The notes beneath the pieces are model-generated. The model searched no databases. It saw only the letters and a program-made list of their open reading frames with translations, and had not been told where the DNA came from. A stretch of 64,000 bases of DNA from Octopus sinensis (Eukaryota): NCBI RefSeq assembly GCF_006345805.1, contig NC_043012.1:124001-188000 (forward strand), in the 5' to 3' direction. Below, piece by piece: positions 1-12,000 of this stretch. The translations under genes were made by a program, and so were the position numbers. Every line of letters begins with the position of its first letter. Position 1 is the first letter of the stretch.

Positions 1-334
1 AGGCTTTTCTTTCCACGGGTAAACCTCACCTGTCCTCCCCTTTACACTTCATATTGACATTTCTGTAATTACGATCCCTATTGATCAATTTTTTTTCCTC
101 TCCCCTTTTCTTTTTTATTCCTCTCCCCCCTTTTTTTAAATCCTGCCCTTTTTTTGTCCTCTTTCTTTCCTTTTACGATCCCTTTTGATCGAAAACCAAC
201 CCCCTTTTTTTTACCCCCAAAAGAAAAGCTCTACCTTGTAATTTGTTCTGTCTGTGTGCAGCCCTGTGTGGCTAATAAAGAAACATATCTGTATTCTATC
301 TATCTGGTATTGCAAGGTCCCTCTTCCGAAATTC

Positions 335-772
335 ACTTGTCCGTGATGAAAAGTGTGGAAGACTGCGCGGGTATCGTACTCGAGATCTTAATGAGATACC
401 TAACCCAACATAAAGAAACCTTGCTAGTGACAGTTAGGAACGAGGAAATATTGAAAGCAGAGCAAAAAGGAAAAAGAAAGGAAGTATAAAAAGAACATGA
501 AGAAGAATTACGCAAGAAGGGACTAGACAAATAATTCCATATAGCTACAACAGAGTTGCTGGAAAAATTAGGTGGGACTGACCTCATGAACGAAACACCA
601 ATAAAAGAGACCGAGAGCATTATACGGGCAGCACAGGACCAAGCTTTGTCCACGAACTGGAGGATCAACCTTAGGAATACATAATGTCTCCGCTGTACCG
701 TATCTGCAATAGAGTGTATGAAACCATTGCCCATATCACGAACGAATGCCCTAGACTTGCCCAAAGACAGAC
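335..772 (+). mobile_element. R4/Dong-clade non-LTR retrotransposon fragment (post-RT region to CCHC knuckle), decayed
   Basis: Translations across stops/frameshifts give KSVEDC..., KETESIIRAAQDQALSTN and CNRVYETIAHITNECPRLAQ, matching the ETE..I.AAQDQAL.TN and C..C....ET..HI...C motifs of RLE-type R4/Dong ORFs. Confidence 0.8.
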
Positions 773-841
773 TTACTGTTTTAATATCGTTTAACCAATA
801 AAATATCTATTACAATCGTCGCATCGCACTCTTCATCTTCA

Positions 842-880
842 CTAATAATAATAATAATAATGATAATAATAATAATAATA

Positions 881-934
<54 letters not shown>

Positions 935-968
935 TAATAATAATAATAATAATGATAATAATAATAAC

Positions 969-1026
<58 letters not shown>
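842..1026. repeat. (AAT)n microsatellite
   Basis: Direct reading; source of the poly-I and poly-L ORFs. Confidence 0.98.
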
Positions 1027-1321
1027 TTGAATAATTCACCTCTGGAAACATGGGTGGTTCTTTCAACATCCTTAAACAACCCTTATTCAGGGACCTTTTG
1101 AGCGGGATGGGCTACTCAACCTGAAGAAAATTCTAACTGGGCCCCACCTGCAAGGTCATGTGCTGTTTATCTTGATATGAGATCACCATGTCGCGCACAT
1201 ATGGTTGTGATGCATGTGCCTGGTGTACCCTTATCAGACGGGTAGTCATGATGGGTATATTGGGCTTCGTATATTTTACCCCAATGTCGTCACTTTGATG
1301 GCATGCACTGCTCTCTCACTC

Positions 1322-1323
<2 letters not shown>
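1027..1323 (+). mobile_element. 5'-truncated copy of a ~560-bp (AAT)n-associated SINE-like element (family D)
   Basis: Aligns to 1790-2083 by eye; ends ...GCACTGCTCTCTCACTC followed by (AAT)n. Confidence 0.8.
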
Positions 1324-1382
<59 letters not shown>

Positions 1383-1395
1383 GTAATAATAATAA

Positions 1396-1505
1396 TAGAA
1401 TTATTAGGAGAGTTCTTGGTATCGAAGGTTACTTGTAGCCAGACAGGATTTCTTTCTTTTCCAATAGTCTAATCTCTTGAGTATATATGAAAATAAGAAC
1501 AGCAA
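1396..1505 (+). mobile_element. Extreme 3' end of an R4/Dong element
   Basis: RIIRRVLGIEGYL* resembles the R4/Dong terminal ..ILRRVL motif; followed by a short UTR and an AAC/AAT tail. Confidence 0.55.
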
Positions 1506-1521
1506 GAACAACAATAATAAT

Positions 1522-2083
1522 GCCCTGATGCAGAACCAGGCACTGACTTTTATGGCTTCTGATCTTAACTGATTGGAAGTGTTATCATGTACATGTTTTG
1601 TCTTGGTATAACAAAATGGGCTACAGCAAATATTCTGCTCAATACCACAAATTTGCTTGTCAGTTGTTTGACCTTAACCAGTTGAGCATGTCCTTTAGTG
1701 GCTGACGATATGTGCTTCTCTGATTACGAGTAGAATGTAGTGTGGGGAGTATCATAGCAATGTGTTAAGAAGAATTGTTTGGGGTTTGAATATTTCACCT
1801 TCGGAAACACGGGTGTTTCATTCAACGTCCTTAAACAACCCTTATTCAGGGACCGTTTGAGCGGAATGGGCATCTCGACCTAAAGAAAATTCCAAATGAG
1901 TCCCACATGCAAAATCATGCGCTGTTTATCTTGACATGAAATCACCATGTCACGCACATATGGTTGTAACGCATGTCGTGCCTGGTGTACCCTTATCAGA
2001 AGGGTAGTCATGATGGGTATATTGGGCTTCGTATATTTTACCCCAGTGTCACTTTGATGGCATGCACTGCTCTCTCACTTGAT
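1522..2083 (+). mobile_element. Longest copy of the family D SINE-like element
   Basis: 3' 290 bp shared with 1027-1323, 6651-6752(-) and 51218-51318(-); preceded by AAT repeats. Confidence 0.75.
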
Positions 2084-2252
2084 AATACTATTTATATTTC
2101 GGTATGGTCATTGTTTTTGTTTTTTCTTGCCAAGTAAACATATGCACTGTATATTTGTTCATTATTTTTATTGTATGACCATCGTCTGGAAATCTTTCCT
2201 CACACACCTGTGACCTCTTCAGCGACTGTCCGTTCCACGTGTCTCCTTCTGT

Positions 2253-2352
2253 NNNNNNNNNNNNNNNNNNNNNNNNNNNNNNNNNNNNNNNNNNNNNNNN
2301 NNNNNNNNNNNNNNNNNNNNNNNNNNNNNNNNNNNNNNNNNNNNNNNNNNNN
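2253..2352. other. Assembly gap (100 N)
   Basis: Run of exactly 100 n. Confidence 1.
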
Positions 2353-2540
2353 AAGAAGTAGAAGAAGGAGAAGGAGAAGGAGAAGGAGAAGAGGAAGAGA
2401 AGAAGAAGAAGAAGAAGAAGAAGAACAACAACAACAGCAGCAGCAACATCAACAACAACAACAACAACAATAACAACAACAAAAACAAGTACAGGAAGAA
2501 AAAGAAGAAGAAGAAGAAGAAGAAGAAGAAGAAGAAGAAA
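2353..2540. repeat. (AAG)n/(AAC)n compound microsatellite
   Basis: Direct reading. Confidence 0.95.
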
Positions 2541-3460
2541 AGATAGAGCAACAAAACTACATTAGAAGTACTAGGAACCTGCTGTCAATGCTACATGCAC
2601 ACCACCCTAAAAGTAATATCGATAGAACCTACCTAGCAAGAAAGAAAGAACCAGAACATTGTTAATCGCAGAAGACACTTTTGTTACTGGAATATTGGCT
2701 GTGAAAATCTATGTTGTAAGTAAGGGAGAAAAAATGCTATTAGCTGTTAAAAATATCTGAAAAGTTACTGAAACAGTAGGAAAATTCAAGAACAAGGGAT
2801 GAACAACAGAATAAACACTTCTAACGGAAAGGAACTATAGAGTTAATTTATACAGCAAAACAAGGATTTTGGAAGTAAAGAAAGTTGGCCATTGCTGTCG
2901 TACGGAAACTTGAAATAAGAAATCGGATCACAAAATATTGCAGGTAATGAACATGTCATTAGGAGGGATTTGATGAAGGCGAAATCTCAGTCAGAGAGCA
3001 AACGTAGAATCATTGGTGCAAGAGATGAAAATATTAGCCATCTCTCAAATGAATGCAGCATAGTAGCACAAAATGAGTATAAAACGGGGTATGGCTGTAT
3101 CGGTAAAAGACTGCATTGAGATGTTAGCCGTTGTAGATTCAAAGTAGTAAGCAAAATAGTATGAACATGAGTCAGAGATTATGATAGAGTATAATAAAGA
3201 TTTTGTGTGATTTCCCAATGAAGATTAACATGCTGGTGGAGGACAAAAAAGACACGTGTAAGTTCATAGATTATAATACCATATGATAATAGAGTAGATA
3301 CCATAGAAGTTGAGAACAATCAGAAGTATCAGCACCTAGACAGAGAGGGGGAAAAGATTCAGAAAGAATCGTATGATTCTTGAGATTTAAAGAGACTAGT
3401 TGTCGACAAAGCTCAAAATATTATTCCTGCTAATATAGCTTGCAGTACTTTTAATAATAA
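2541..3460 (+). mobile_element. Decayed R4/Dong 3' half (thumb, Zn knuckle, RLE, 3'UTR)
   Basis: RNLLSMLHAHHPKSNIDRTYLARKK and HLSNECSIVAQNEYK..LH*; the 3'UTR is shared with 6876-7010(-) and ends in TAA repeats. Confidence 0.75.
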
Positions 3461-3475
3461 TGATAATAGCGATGA

Positions 3476-4170
3476 AACATCTCTTGTATATGGATGATCT
3501 AAAACTATATGATACAAATGATAAACAGCTGGAAACATTACTACTGACCTAAAATGGATTTATCAAAGAAATAAACATGAAATTTGGCTTAGAAAAATGT
3601 GCCAAAGCAAACTTGAAAAGAGGAAAACTAGTTAAGAGTAACAACACCACACTACATAAAGCAAATGAATGAAAGGAGAGAATTAGACTAAAACCAGACA
3701 TACAAATACTTAAGTATCAACGCACTAGATACGATACAACACACACAAATGAAAGAGAAATTAAGAAAAGAATGTTTCAGACGAGTTAAATTAATACTGA
3801 AAACAACTCAATGCGAAAAATAAGATAATAGGTATCAACACTCTAGCCGTCCCAGTTGTAAGTTACAGCTACAATATTCTTAACTGGACTCTAAACGAAC
3901 TAATCAAAATAGACAGAAAAACAAGAAAAATAATGACAGGATTTAGGATGCACCACCTAAAATCTGACAGAGAAATGCTATACATACAACGTATCGAAGG
4001 TTGTAGAGGCCTTATACAGCTAGAAAACTATTACGAAATAAACACTATAGGACTACAGAAAGCTAATACAAATAGCCACAAAATACGAACAAAACAAAAA
4101 AAAAACTGTTTTCTTTCTTTAAGGAGGATGATAAATACAAAAAAGAAGTCATAGTACACACATCTATGAA
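3476..4170 (+). mobile_element. R4/Dong reverse transcriptase fragment (YMDD to thumb)
   Basis: HLLYMDDLKLYDTND; MKFGLEKCAK; YKYLSI; INTLAVPVVSYSY; KIDRKTRKIMTGFRMHHLKSDREMLYIQRIEGCRGLIQLE. Confidence 0.9.
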
Positions 4171-4176
4171 GAAAAA

Positions 4177-5830
4177 GAAGAAGAAGAAGAAAAGATAGAG
4201 CAACAAAACTACATTAGAAGTACTAGGAACCTGCTGTCAATGCTACATGCACACCACCCTAAAAGTAATATCGATAGAACCTACCTAGCAAGAAAGAAAG
4301 AACCAGAACATTGTTAATCGCAGAAGACACTTTTGTTACTGGAATATTGGCTGTGAAAATCTATGTTGTAAGTAGGGAGAAAAAATGCTATTAGCTGTTA
4401 AAAATATCTGAAAAGTTACTGAAACAGTAGGAAAATTCAAGAACAAGGGATGAACAACAGAATAAACACTTTAACGGAAAGGAACTATAGAGTTAATTTA
4501 TACAGCAAAACAAGGATTTTGGAAGTAAAGAAAGTTGGCCATTGCTGTCGTACGGAAACTTGAAATAAGAAATCGGATCACAAAATATTGCAGGTAATGA
4601 ACATGTCATTAGGAGGGATTTGATGAAGGCGAAATCTCAGTCAGAGAGCAAACGTAGAATCATTGGTGCAAGAGATGAAAATATTAGCCATCTCTCAAAT
4701 GAATGCAGCATAGTAGCACAAAATGAGTATAAAACGGGGTATGGCTGTATCGGTAAAAGACTGCATTGAGATGTTAGCCGTGTAGATTCAAAGTAGTAAG
4801 CAAAATAGTATGAACATGAGTCAGAGATTATGATAGAGTATAATAAAGATTTTGTGTGATTTCCCAATGAAGACTTAACATGCTGGTGGAGGACAAAAAA
4901 GACACCGTGTAAGTTCATAGATTTATAATACCATATGATAATAGAGTAGATACCATAGAAGTTGAGAACAATCAGAAGTATCAGCACCTAGACAGAGAGG
5001 GGGAAAAGATTCAGAAAGAATCGTATGATTCTTGAGATTTAAAGAGACTAGTTGTCGACAAAGCTCAAAATATTATTCCTGCTAATATAGCTTGCAGTAC
5101 TTTTAATAATAATGATAATAGCGATGAAACATCTCTTGTATATGGATGATCTAAAACTATATGATACAAATGATAAACAGCTGGAAACATTACTACTGAC
5201 CTAAAATGGATTTATCAAAGAAATAAACATGAAATTTGGCTTAGAAAAATGTGCCAAAGCAAACTTGAAAAGAGGAAAACTAGTTAAGAGTAACAACACC
5301 ACACTACATAAAGCAAATGAAAGGAGAGAATTAGACTAAAACCAGACATACAAATACTTAAGTATCAACGCACTAGATACGATACAACACACACAAATGA
5401 AAGAGAAATTAAGAAAAGAATGTTTCAGACGAGTTAAATTAATACTGAAAACAACTCAATGCGAAAAATAAGATAATAGGTATCAACACTCTAGCCGTCC
5501 CAGTTGTAAGTTACAGCTACAATATTCTTAACTGGACTCTAAACGAACTAATCAAAATAGACAGAAAAACAAGAAAAATAATGACAGGATTTAGGATGCA
5601 CCACCTAAAATCTGACAGAGAAATGCTATACATACAACGTATCGAAGGTTGTAGAGGCCTTATACAGCTAGAAAACTATTACGAAATAAACACTATAGGA
5701 CTACAGAAAGCTAATACAAATAGCCACAAAATACGAACAAAACAAAAAAAAACTGTTTTCTTTCTTTAAGGAGGATGATAAATACAAAAAAGAAGTCATA
5801 GTACCACACATCTATGAAGAAAAAGAAGAA
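4177..5830 (+). repeat. Second copy of a ~1.65-kb tandem duplication of 2525-4182
   Basis: Period about 1652 (AGATAGAG at 2541 and 4193); the differences I saw are small indels. Confidence 0.95.
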
Positions 5831-5929
5831 ACAACAAAAGTTGCAAAACAACTGAAATCGAAACTAAAACTGGAGCAGCAACGTTGAAATACAAAATATG
5901 TGGCCTGAGGTATAAGAAAGGGATGTCAA

Positions 5930-6310
5930 AAGCGTCTAGATAATATTCCAAGAGAACCATGACGAAGGAGAGGCGTAGGTTATTCAAATTTCACGCGAAC
6001 AGACGACTCACTGCACGATTGAATTGTTATAACAAGGCTTTTAAATATGAAGGAATACTTTGGGTATCGGAAAGTATATGCAGCATCGATATCTATCGGC
6101 AGATAACATCCTATCTGAAGGGGAGAATGGCGGAAGTCTGCTTTGATCTCTTGGAAGCGTTTGAAGCCAATGAAGACCCTTTTTTCAGTTTAGCGACAGA
6201 AGACGAATCGTGTCTGTATCTTTATGATCCCAAAACTAAGCCTCAGTCCATAAGATAGTGTCATTTCTCTTTTCCAAGACTTAAAAAAGTACAAGAGTCG
6301 GCGAACGGCA
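5930..6310 (+). mobile_element. mariner transposase remnant (around first catalytic D)
   Basis: FFSLATEDESCLYLYDPKTKPQSIR*CHFSFPRLKK matches mariner IVTGDE.W.Y.YDPETK.QS..W....SPRPKK. Confidence 0.75.
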
Positions 6311-6514
6311 CAGGAATTGTCCTGGTAAGACTTTAAACTGAATCCAGTAGTAGAGCCATAAACAACTGGTTGTGGTCAAAATCTGTGATATTGAGCAAAA
6401 TATTTGTTGTAGTCCATCTTTTCTACCAAGACAAAACAATATACATGATAACACTTCCACTCAGTTAAGATCAGAAGCCACGAGGGCCACTGCTTTGTAC
6501 TGCATCAGGGCATG

Positions 6515-6522
6515 TATTATTA

Positions 6523-6569
<47 letters not shown>

Positions 6570-6763
6570 TATTATTATTATTATTATTATCATCATTATT
6601 ATATTATTATTATTATTATATATTATTATATTATTATTATTATTATTATTGAGTGAGAGAGCAGTGCATGCCATCAAAGTGACACTGGGGTAAAATATAC
6701 GAAGCCCAATATACCCATCATGACTACCCGTCTGATAAAGGTACACCAGGCACATTATTATTA

Positions 6764-6838
<75 letters not shown>

Positions 6839-6875
6839 CATCATCATCATCATCATCATTATTATTATTATTAAC
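6515..6875. repeat. (ATT)n/(ATC)n tract interrupted by a family D 3' fragment
   Basis: Direct reading. Confidence 0.95.
6651..6752 (-). mobile_element. Family D 3' terminal 100 bp
   Basis: Reverse complement of 1221-1323; (ATT)n on both sides. Confidence 0.9.
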
Positions 6876-7010
6876 ATTAATAAAACTATTGAAAGCTATA
6901 TTAACAGGAATGTTACCTTGAGCTTTGTTAGAAACGGTTTCTCTTCAAATCTCACGAATCATAGGATTCTTTCTGAATCCTTTCCTTCTCTCTGGCTATG
7001 TACTGATATT
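6876..7010 (-). mobile_element. 3'UTR of the R4/Dong family seen at 3330-3460
   Basis: Shares GGATTCAGAAAGAATC.TATGATTC.TGAGATTT.AAGAGA...AAAGCTCAA; ends in (TAA)n. Confidence 0.75.
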
Positions 7011-7670
7011 TCTCCAATTTCCTCAATTCTGTTATACCCACTCTTATTATTATTATATTAGTTCTGAGTTCAAATGCCACCAAGGTCGCCTTTGCCATTT
7101 CATTCATACGGGATAGAATAAAAAAAAAACAAGCACCAGTTGAATACTGATGTCGATATAATTGACTTAGCCTCTTACTCGAAACTGGTGGCCTTGAGCC
7201 ATAATTTGAAATCAATAACAAAGAGTAATTTACATGAACGTATAAATGCTTTTCGTTACACATCTGCGACCTGATCATTGACACAGTTTAATTGTATCTC
7301 AGGTCGCAGATGTTTTGAGACGTTGGAGTGTAGGCTATTTATTTATAAATAAATCAAGAGTGAGTGTAACGGTTTATGTGTCCTTTTAGATTATGACGAT
7401 TATGACTCATCTGCGATGTAATTGTGGAGTAGCAATCTGTAGAGATTATGGAGTTGAATACAAAGGGGGGAAGAAAAAAAACACAAATTGAATTAAATGT
7501 ACTGTATATATACTCACCCCCATCACACACATACGTCTTACACACACGCACACACATACGAACATGTACATATATATGTGTGTGTGTACAGATATAGATA
7601 TATATATATATATCTGTATATATATATATATATATATACATATATATATACACACACATATATATATATA

Positions 7671-7708
<38 letters not shown>

Positions 7709-7884
7709 CGTGTGTGTGTGTGTTTTATACATATATATATATGCATATATTTATATGTATGTATGCTTGTAGTACATATGTATATATATATATATATCAA
7801 CACAAGATACACAGCCTAGACGTACATATTTGTGTGTACTTGTGTGTGCATGTGTGTGTGTGCGTGCGTGCGTGTGTATGGGAG

Positions 7885-7917
<33 letters not shown>

Positions 7918-8516
7918 CTCTATCGTAAGCATTTAAGAAATCAGATTGTATTCCTACTGCACTTTAAGTGCCCTTCATTCAGGAGGTCTCTTGTATTATT
8001 TTTTCTATTTAACCGTCAACGCCATCATCCACCCGTCAACACTCACCCCCAGCCTCATTTTCTCACTCACCGTAAACATCCTTACTACGCACCTTTTATT
8101 TGTCGTTTCTTCTTTGTATTGTTGTAGTTGTTGTTGCTGCTGCTGCTGCTGCTGCTGTTGTTGCTGTTGTTGTTGTTGTTGTTGTTGTTCTCGTCAGCGA
8201 TGTTTCTCTTGCTGTCATCCGTTGGTTGCTGTGATTCTGTAGTTTGCGCTGTTATAGATGTTCTCTTGTAACTATTGAGGTTGATGTTGCTGCTGTCGTC
8301 ATCTTCTTGTTGTTGTTGTTATTCCTCTTGTTGTTATTTTTTGCTGTTGACACTACTGCCGCTGCTGCTACTGCTACCGCTGCTGCTACTGCTACTGCTG
8401 CTCCGTTTATTTCTGTCACAAATGCAACTAATGTTCTTGCTACTGCAAACATCGTACTTATTATCGGATTTCAGGCTGTTGTTCATTTACCATTATCGTT
8501 ACAGCTATACGAAAAC

Positions 8517-8762
8517 ACGTGGCTTAGTGGTTAGGGAATCGAACTCACGATGATGAGTTTGATTCCCAGAGGCGCGTCGTATCCTTCAACAAAACGCGTT
8601 GCTCCAGTCCACTCAGCAAATTTAGTTGCATCTGTATTTCAAAGGGCCAGCTTTGTCACTTTCTGTGCCAGGATGAATATCCCTTAAAAGCTACATGCTG
8701 GATAAATTCTTCAAGAGTGTGCCCAGTATGGCCATAGTCTAACGACTGAAACAACTGAAAGA
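8517..8762 (+). mobile_element. tRNA-derived SINE family C, degenerate copy
   Basis: Head ACGTGGCTTAGTGGTTAGGG; body shared with 48050-48420. Confidence 0.7.
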
Positions 8763-8867
8763 AAGCAGATATGTGTGTGCGTGTATGTATAGGTCTCACA
8801 TACGCATGCAAATATACCTTATATGTATATTATATGCATACATATACATTATAAGCAAAACTTCTAA

Positions 8868-9035
8868 GCTCCACGTGGCTTCGGCAGAAGATAATGGCGA
8901 ACTTCTGCTGACTCTTTCGCCACAACTTTCTCTCACTCTTTCCTCCTGCATCTCGCAGCTCACCTGCGACGGACCGGCATCCCGGTCAGGTGGGGAAACT
9001 ATACGCCAAGAAAACCGGGATCCGGCAATATGAGC
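8868..9035 (+). mobile_element. SINE family C-related partial body
   Basis: AGCTCCACG...CTCTTTCGCCACAACTTTCTCTCACTCTT matches 12765-12960(-). Confidence 0.7.
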
Positions 9036-9080
9036 CAGGCATAGCTTGAGAAGAAACAAACAACATCATTATATATATTA

Positions 9081-9114
<34 letters not shown>

Positions 9115-9426
9115 CATATATAGATATACATATATATATGTCTCTCTCTCACACACACAATCACACACAGACACAAATGCAGTTATATACACACACACAT
9201 TCACACATACACAAACACTCGCACTCATTAACACAAGCACACACCCACACATTTCCATACATACAGCAAACATACTGTCCCCTACCTATTTTTACTTACT
9301 CCTACTATCCATTTTTGACGTCAATGCTTATAACGGATTAAAAAAAAAAAAAACTCATTATCGCTTTGGTTACCATGTAGGCAATCATCGAAATTTTTGT
9401 TTGTCTTGTTGAGAGAGGCTCATTTT

Positions 9427-9508
9427 CTTTCCTGATGAGAAGATTGCATAATGCACCCTTTATTCCATCGGAATGAAAATATGCTGTCTTCGAAACATGT
9501 GTCGAGAG
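9427..9508 (+). ncRNA. Type I hammerhead ribozyme (PLE pseudo-LTR type)
   Basis: Stem I CUUUC(9427-31)/GAGAG(9504-08); core CUGAUGA 9432-38; stem II GAAGA/UCUUC extended by GCAUA/UAUGC; GAAA 9492-95; stem III AC-AUGU-GU; GUC cut site after 9503. Confidence 0.8.
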
Positions 9509-9565
9509 TAAAGGAATTTTGTTAACATCTTCGTTCGACTCCATTTTTTCATTTATCTATATATA

Positions 9566-9621
<56 letters not shown>

Positions 9622-10180
9622 ATGTATCATGTGATCAACCAAACTATCCGGTGTGTTATACATCGCTGGTCGCAATGCAATTTGCATCGCTTCAGCTTTT
9701 GAATGATGCCACTCAGCTGGCTAGCTGAGCAGGCCTCTGTCGCAGAGTTACCCATTTACAGCTGGTGTGAACTGGTACAAGGTGAGATTAAGCGTTTTGC
9801 TCAAGAACAATCCACTAATCTCTCTCTCTCTCAGTCTCTCTCTCTCTCTCCATCTCTCTCTCTCTCTCTCAAGTGTGGCACGCTGCATACTTGAGCAAGA
9901 TATTCTGTTTAAGCCGGTACATTTGAAGCCCGTTCTTGATGATTTTGATGATCCGGTGTATAAAAAGTTACAGAACCGAAAATTTGTCCGTCGCTGCTCG
10001 TGAATATATCATTTATCTTTTTCTTATTTCAGTCATTGGACTGCGACCACTCTGGGGCACCACCTTGGAGAATCTCAGTCGTACGAGTCAACTTGGGTAC
10101 TTATTCTCTAGACCTATAAGTTGCGAGGTACGCAATGACATCAACACTGGTTGTCAAGCCGTATTGGAAAGACCTATATC

Positions 10181-10397
10181 TTTACTACCCACATGGGGCT
10201 AAACACAGAGAGGACAAACATGGACAGACAAATGGATTAAGTCGATTATATAGACCCCAGTGCGTAACTGGTACTTAATTTATCGACCCCGAAAGATGAA
10301 AGGCAGAGTCGACCTCGGCGGAATTTGAACTCAGAACGTAATGGCAGACGAAATACGGCTACGCATTTTGCCCGGCGTGCTAACGTTTCTGCCAGAT
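10181..10397 (-). mobile_element. tRNA-derived SINE family B
   Basis: B-box GAGTTCAAATTCC on the minus strand, central CCTTTCATC.TTTCGGGGTCGATAAATTAAGTACCAG, 3' TTGTCTGTCC.TGTTTGTCCTCTCTGTGTTTAGCCCC. Confidence 0.9.
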
Positions 10398-10404
10398 CGG
10401 TGGA

Positions 10405-10545
10405 AGACCAACACTATGGTGGCGGACCAACACAGACACACAGTTTCTGTCTACCAGATTCACTCACAAAGTTTTAGTAAAACTCCCACGCAGTAGGAGT
10501 GAACCCAGAAGCGTACGGTTAGGAAGTAAACTTCCTACCACAGAC
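10405..10545 (-). mobile_element. SINE family A partial
   Basis: Degenerate head and body of the family described at 57313. Confidence 0.65.
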
Positions 10546-11244
10546 ACGCCTGCGCCTGCACAGCCACGCCTGTACCTACACGGACACGACTGCACCCCAA
10601 ATGTATTTAAAATCTGTAGTGAATGTGTTTTACCCGTTTCTAAGTCATATTCTATTGTGTATGATGCTTGGCTCCACTCTACTGTACTTTTAATATAGTC
10701 ACGCTCTTCGTGCTATACGCGTAGCTTCACACACTCTCTCCGTCCTTCTCTCTCTCCATCTCTCTCTCTCACACACACACGCTCTATCTCTCTATCTATC
10801 TATCTCTATCTCTATCTCTCTAAATCTTTGTATCTATCTATCTCCCTCTCTACCAATCTATCTCTATCTTGCTCTCTATCGTTTTCTCTTAAAACTTTCC
10901 TTTCTCACTTTCTTTCAGTTACTTACTCATTCACAATGATTATAACCATTACTTATTCACCTCTTCCCCCTATTACACCACACAACGCACGTAGACTCTC
11001 CTTTCTGTCGGTACCTCTTATATTTTTTTGTTTTACTTTTAGGCTCTCTTGCTTTTTTTTTCTTTCACACTCATTTTATTTCACACCTTTACGCCTTTAT
11101 TCTATTTCTTTCCACCCGTATATTTTTATCTTACCCTCACACAGTTCTTCTTCGCTGCACTTCTCTCTCCCGTCCCGCTTTCATTCTCTCCTTCTCTCGC
11201 TTTCTCTGTCAAACACACACACACACACACACACGTACACACAC

Positions 11245-11380
11245 ACGTCTACCAAATCCACTCACAAGGCTTCGGTCAGGCTGAGACTATATTTAAAGAT
11301 ATTTGTTCAAGGTGCAACGTGGATAGACTTATCCCGGAATTATGTGGTTGGAAAGCAAGCTTCTAACCAAACAGCCACAC
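11245..11380 (-). mobile_element. SINE family A 5' half
   Basis: CTACCAAATCCACTCACAAGGC...CTAACCAAACAGCCAC. Confidence 0.75.
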
Positions 11381-11383
11381 GTG

Positions 11384-11423
<40 letters not shown>

Positions 11424-11509
11424 AATTAATAAATAAAATATATGCATACATACATACATGTACGTACCTACATCTACATGTATATATACATGCATATATA
11501 TATATATAT

Positions 11510-12000
11510 GTGAGTACAGGACACCACAAATAGACGTAGAACTCAACGAGAAACGAAAACGTAAAAACAAACATGGAAACGGACTTTTTTTAACAACGAA
11601 AAAACAGAGTACAAGACAAACAATACAAGGAAAATTTCCCTTCGTCAGCTGTCCCTAGTTCGACTCTATGCGTGTTTCGAAGGTAAGGACAGAACACGAC
11701 TCGTCGAACTAGCCCTTCCTGCGAAAGAATTAAATAAAATCCTTTGCAGAGGGGTAAAAACAAGGAAAAACAAATGTGACAAAAACAGGACGTAAAACAA
11801 TACAAATAAAAAACAAATACAAAATAAAAATACAAATTACAGAAAAATACAGTACAAATAAAGAATAAAAACAGGACAAGGAAACAAACATTGAGGGCCT
11901 TTTTTTGACCTAGACGATGGAAAAATTCAAGAGCGCAGGAAAAAAGCATGTTCACTTGTAGGAGGCCGCCAGCGAAAGGAAGTGGCCGACTCGGCTGTGT
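11510..12000 (-). mobile_element. (TA)n-abutting PLE-like terminal repeat with degenerate hammerhead; related to 56690-57000(-) and 54460-54548(+)
   Basis: Shared 3' tail TTCGTTGTT..AAAAAAGT...TTTCCATG...GTCCTGTAC; minus-strand CUAGUUC/GAACUAG helix flanking GAAAC and GUC. Confidence 0.5.

Noticed and set aside
1-330. Pyrimidine-rich region with CGATC/GATCG hairpin followed by AAAAC, vaguely hammerhead-like
   Set aside because: No CUGANGA core or valid stems I and III; cut by the window edge.
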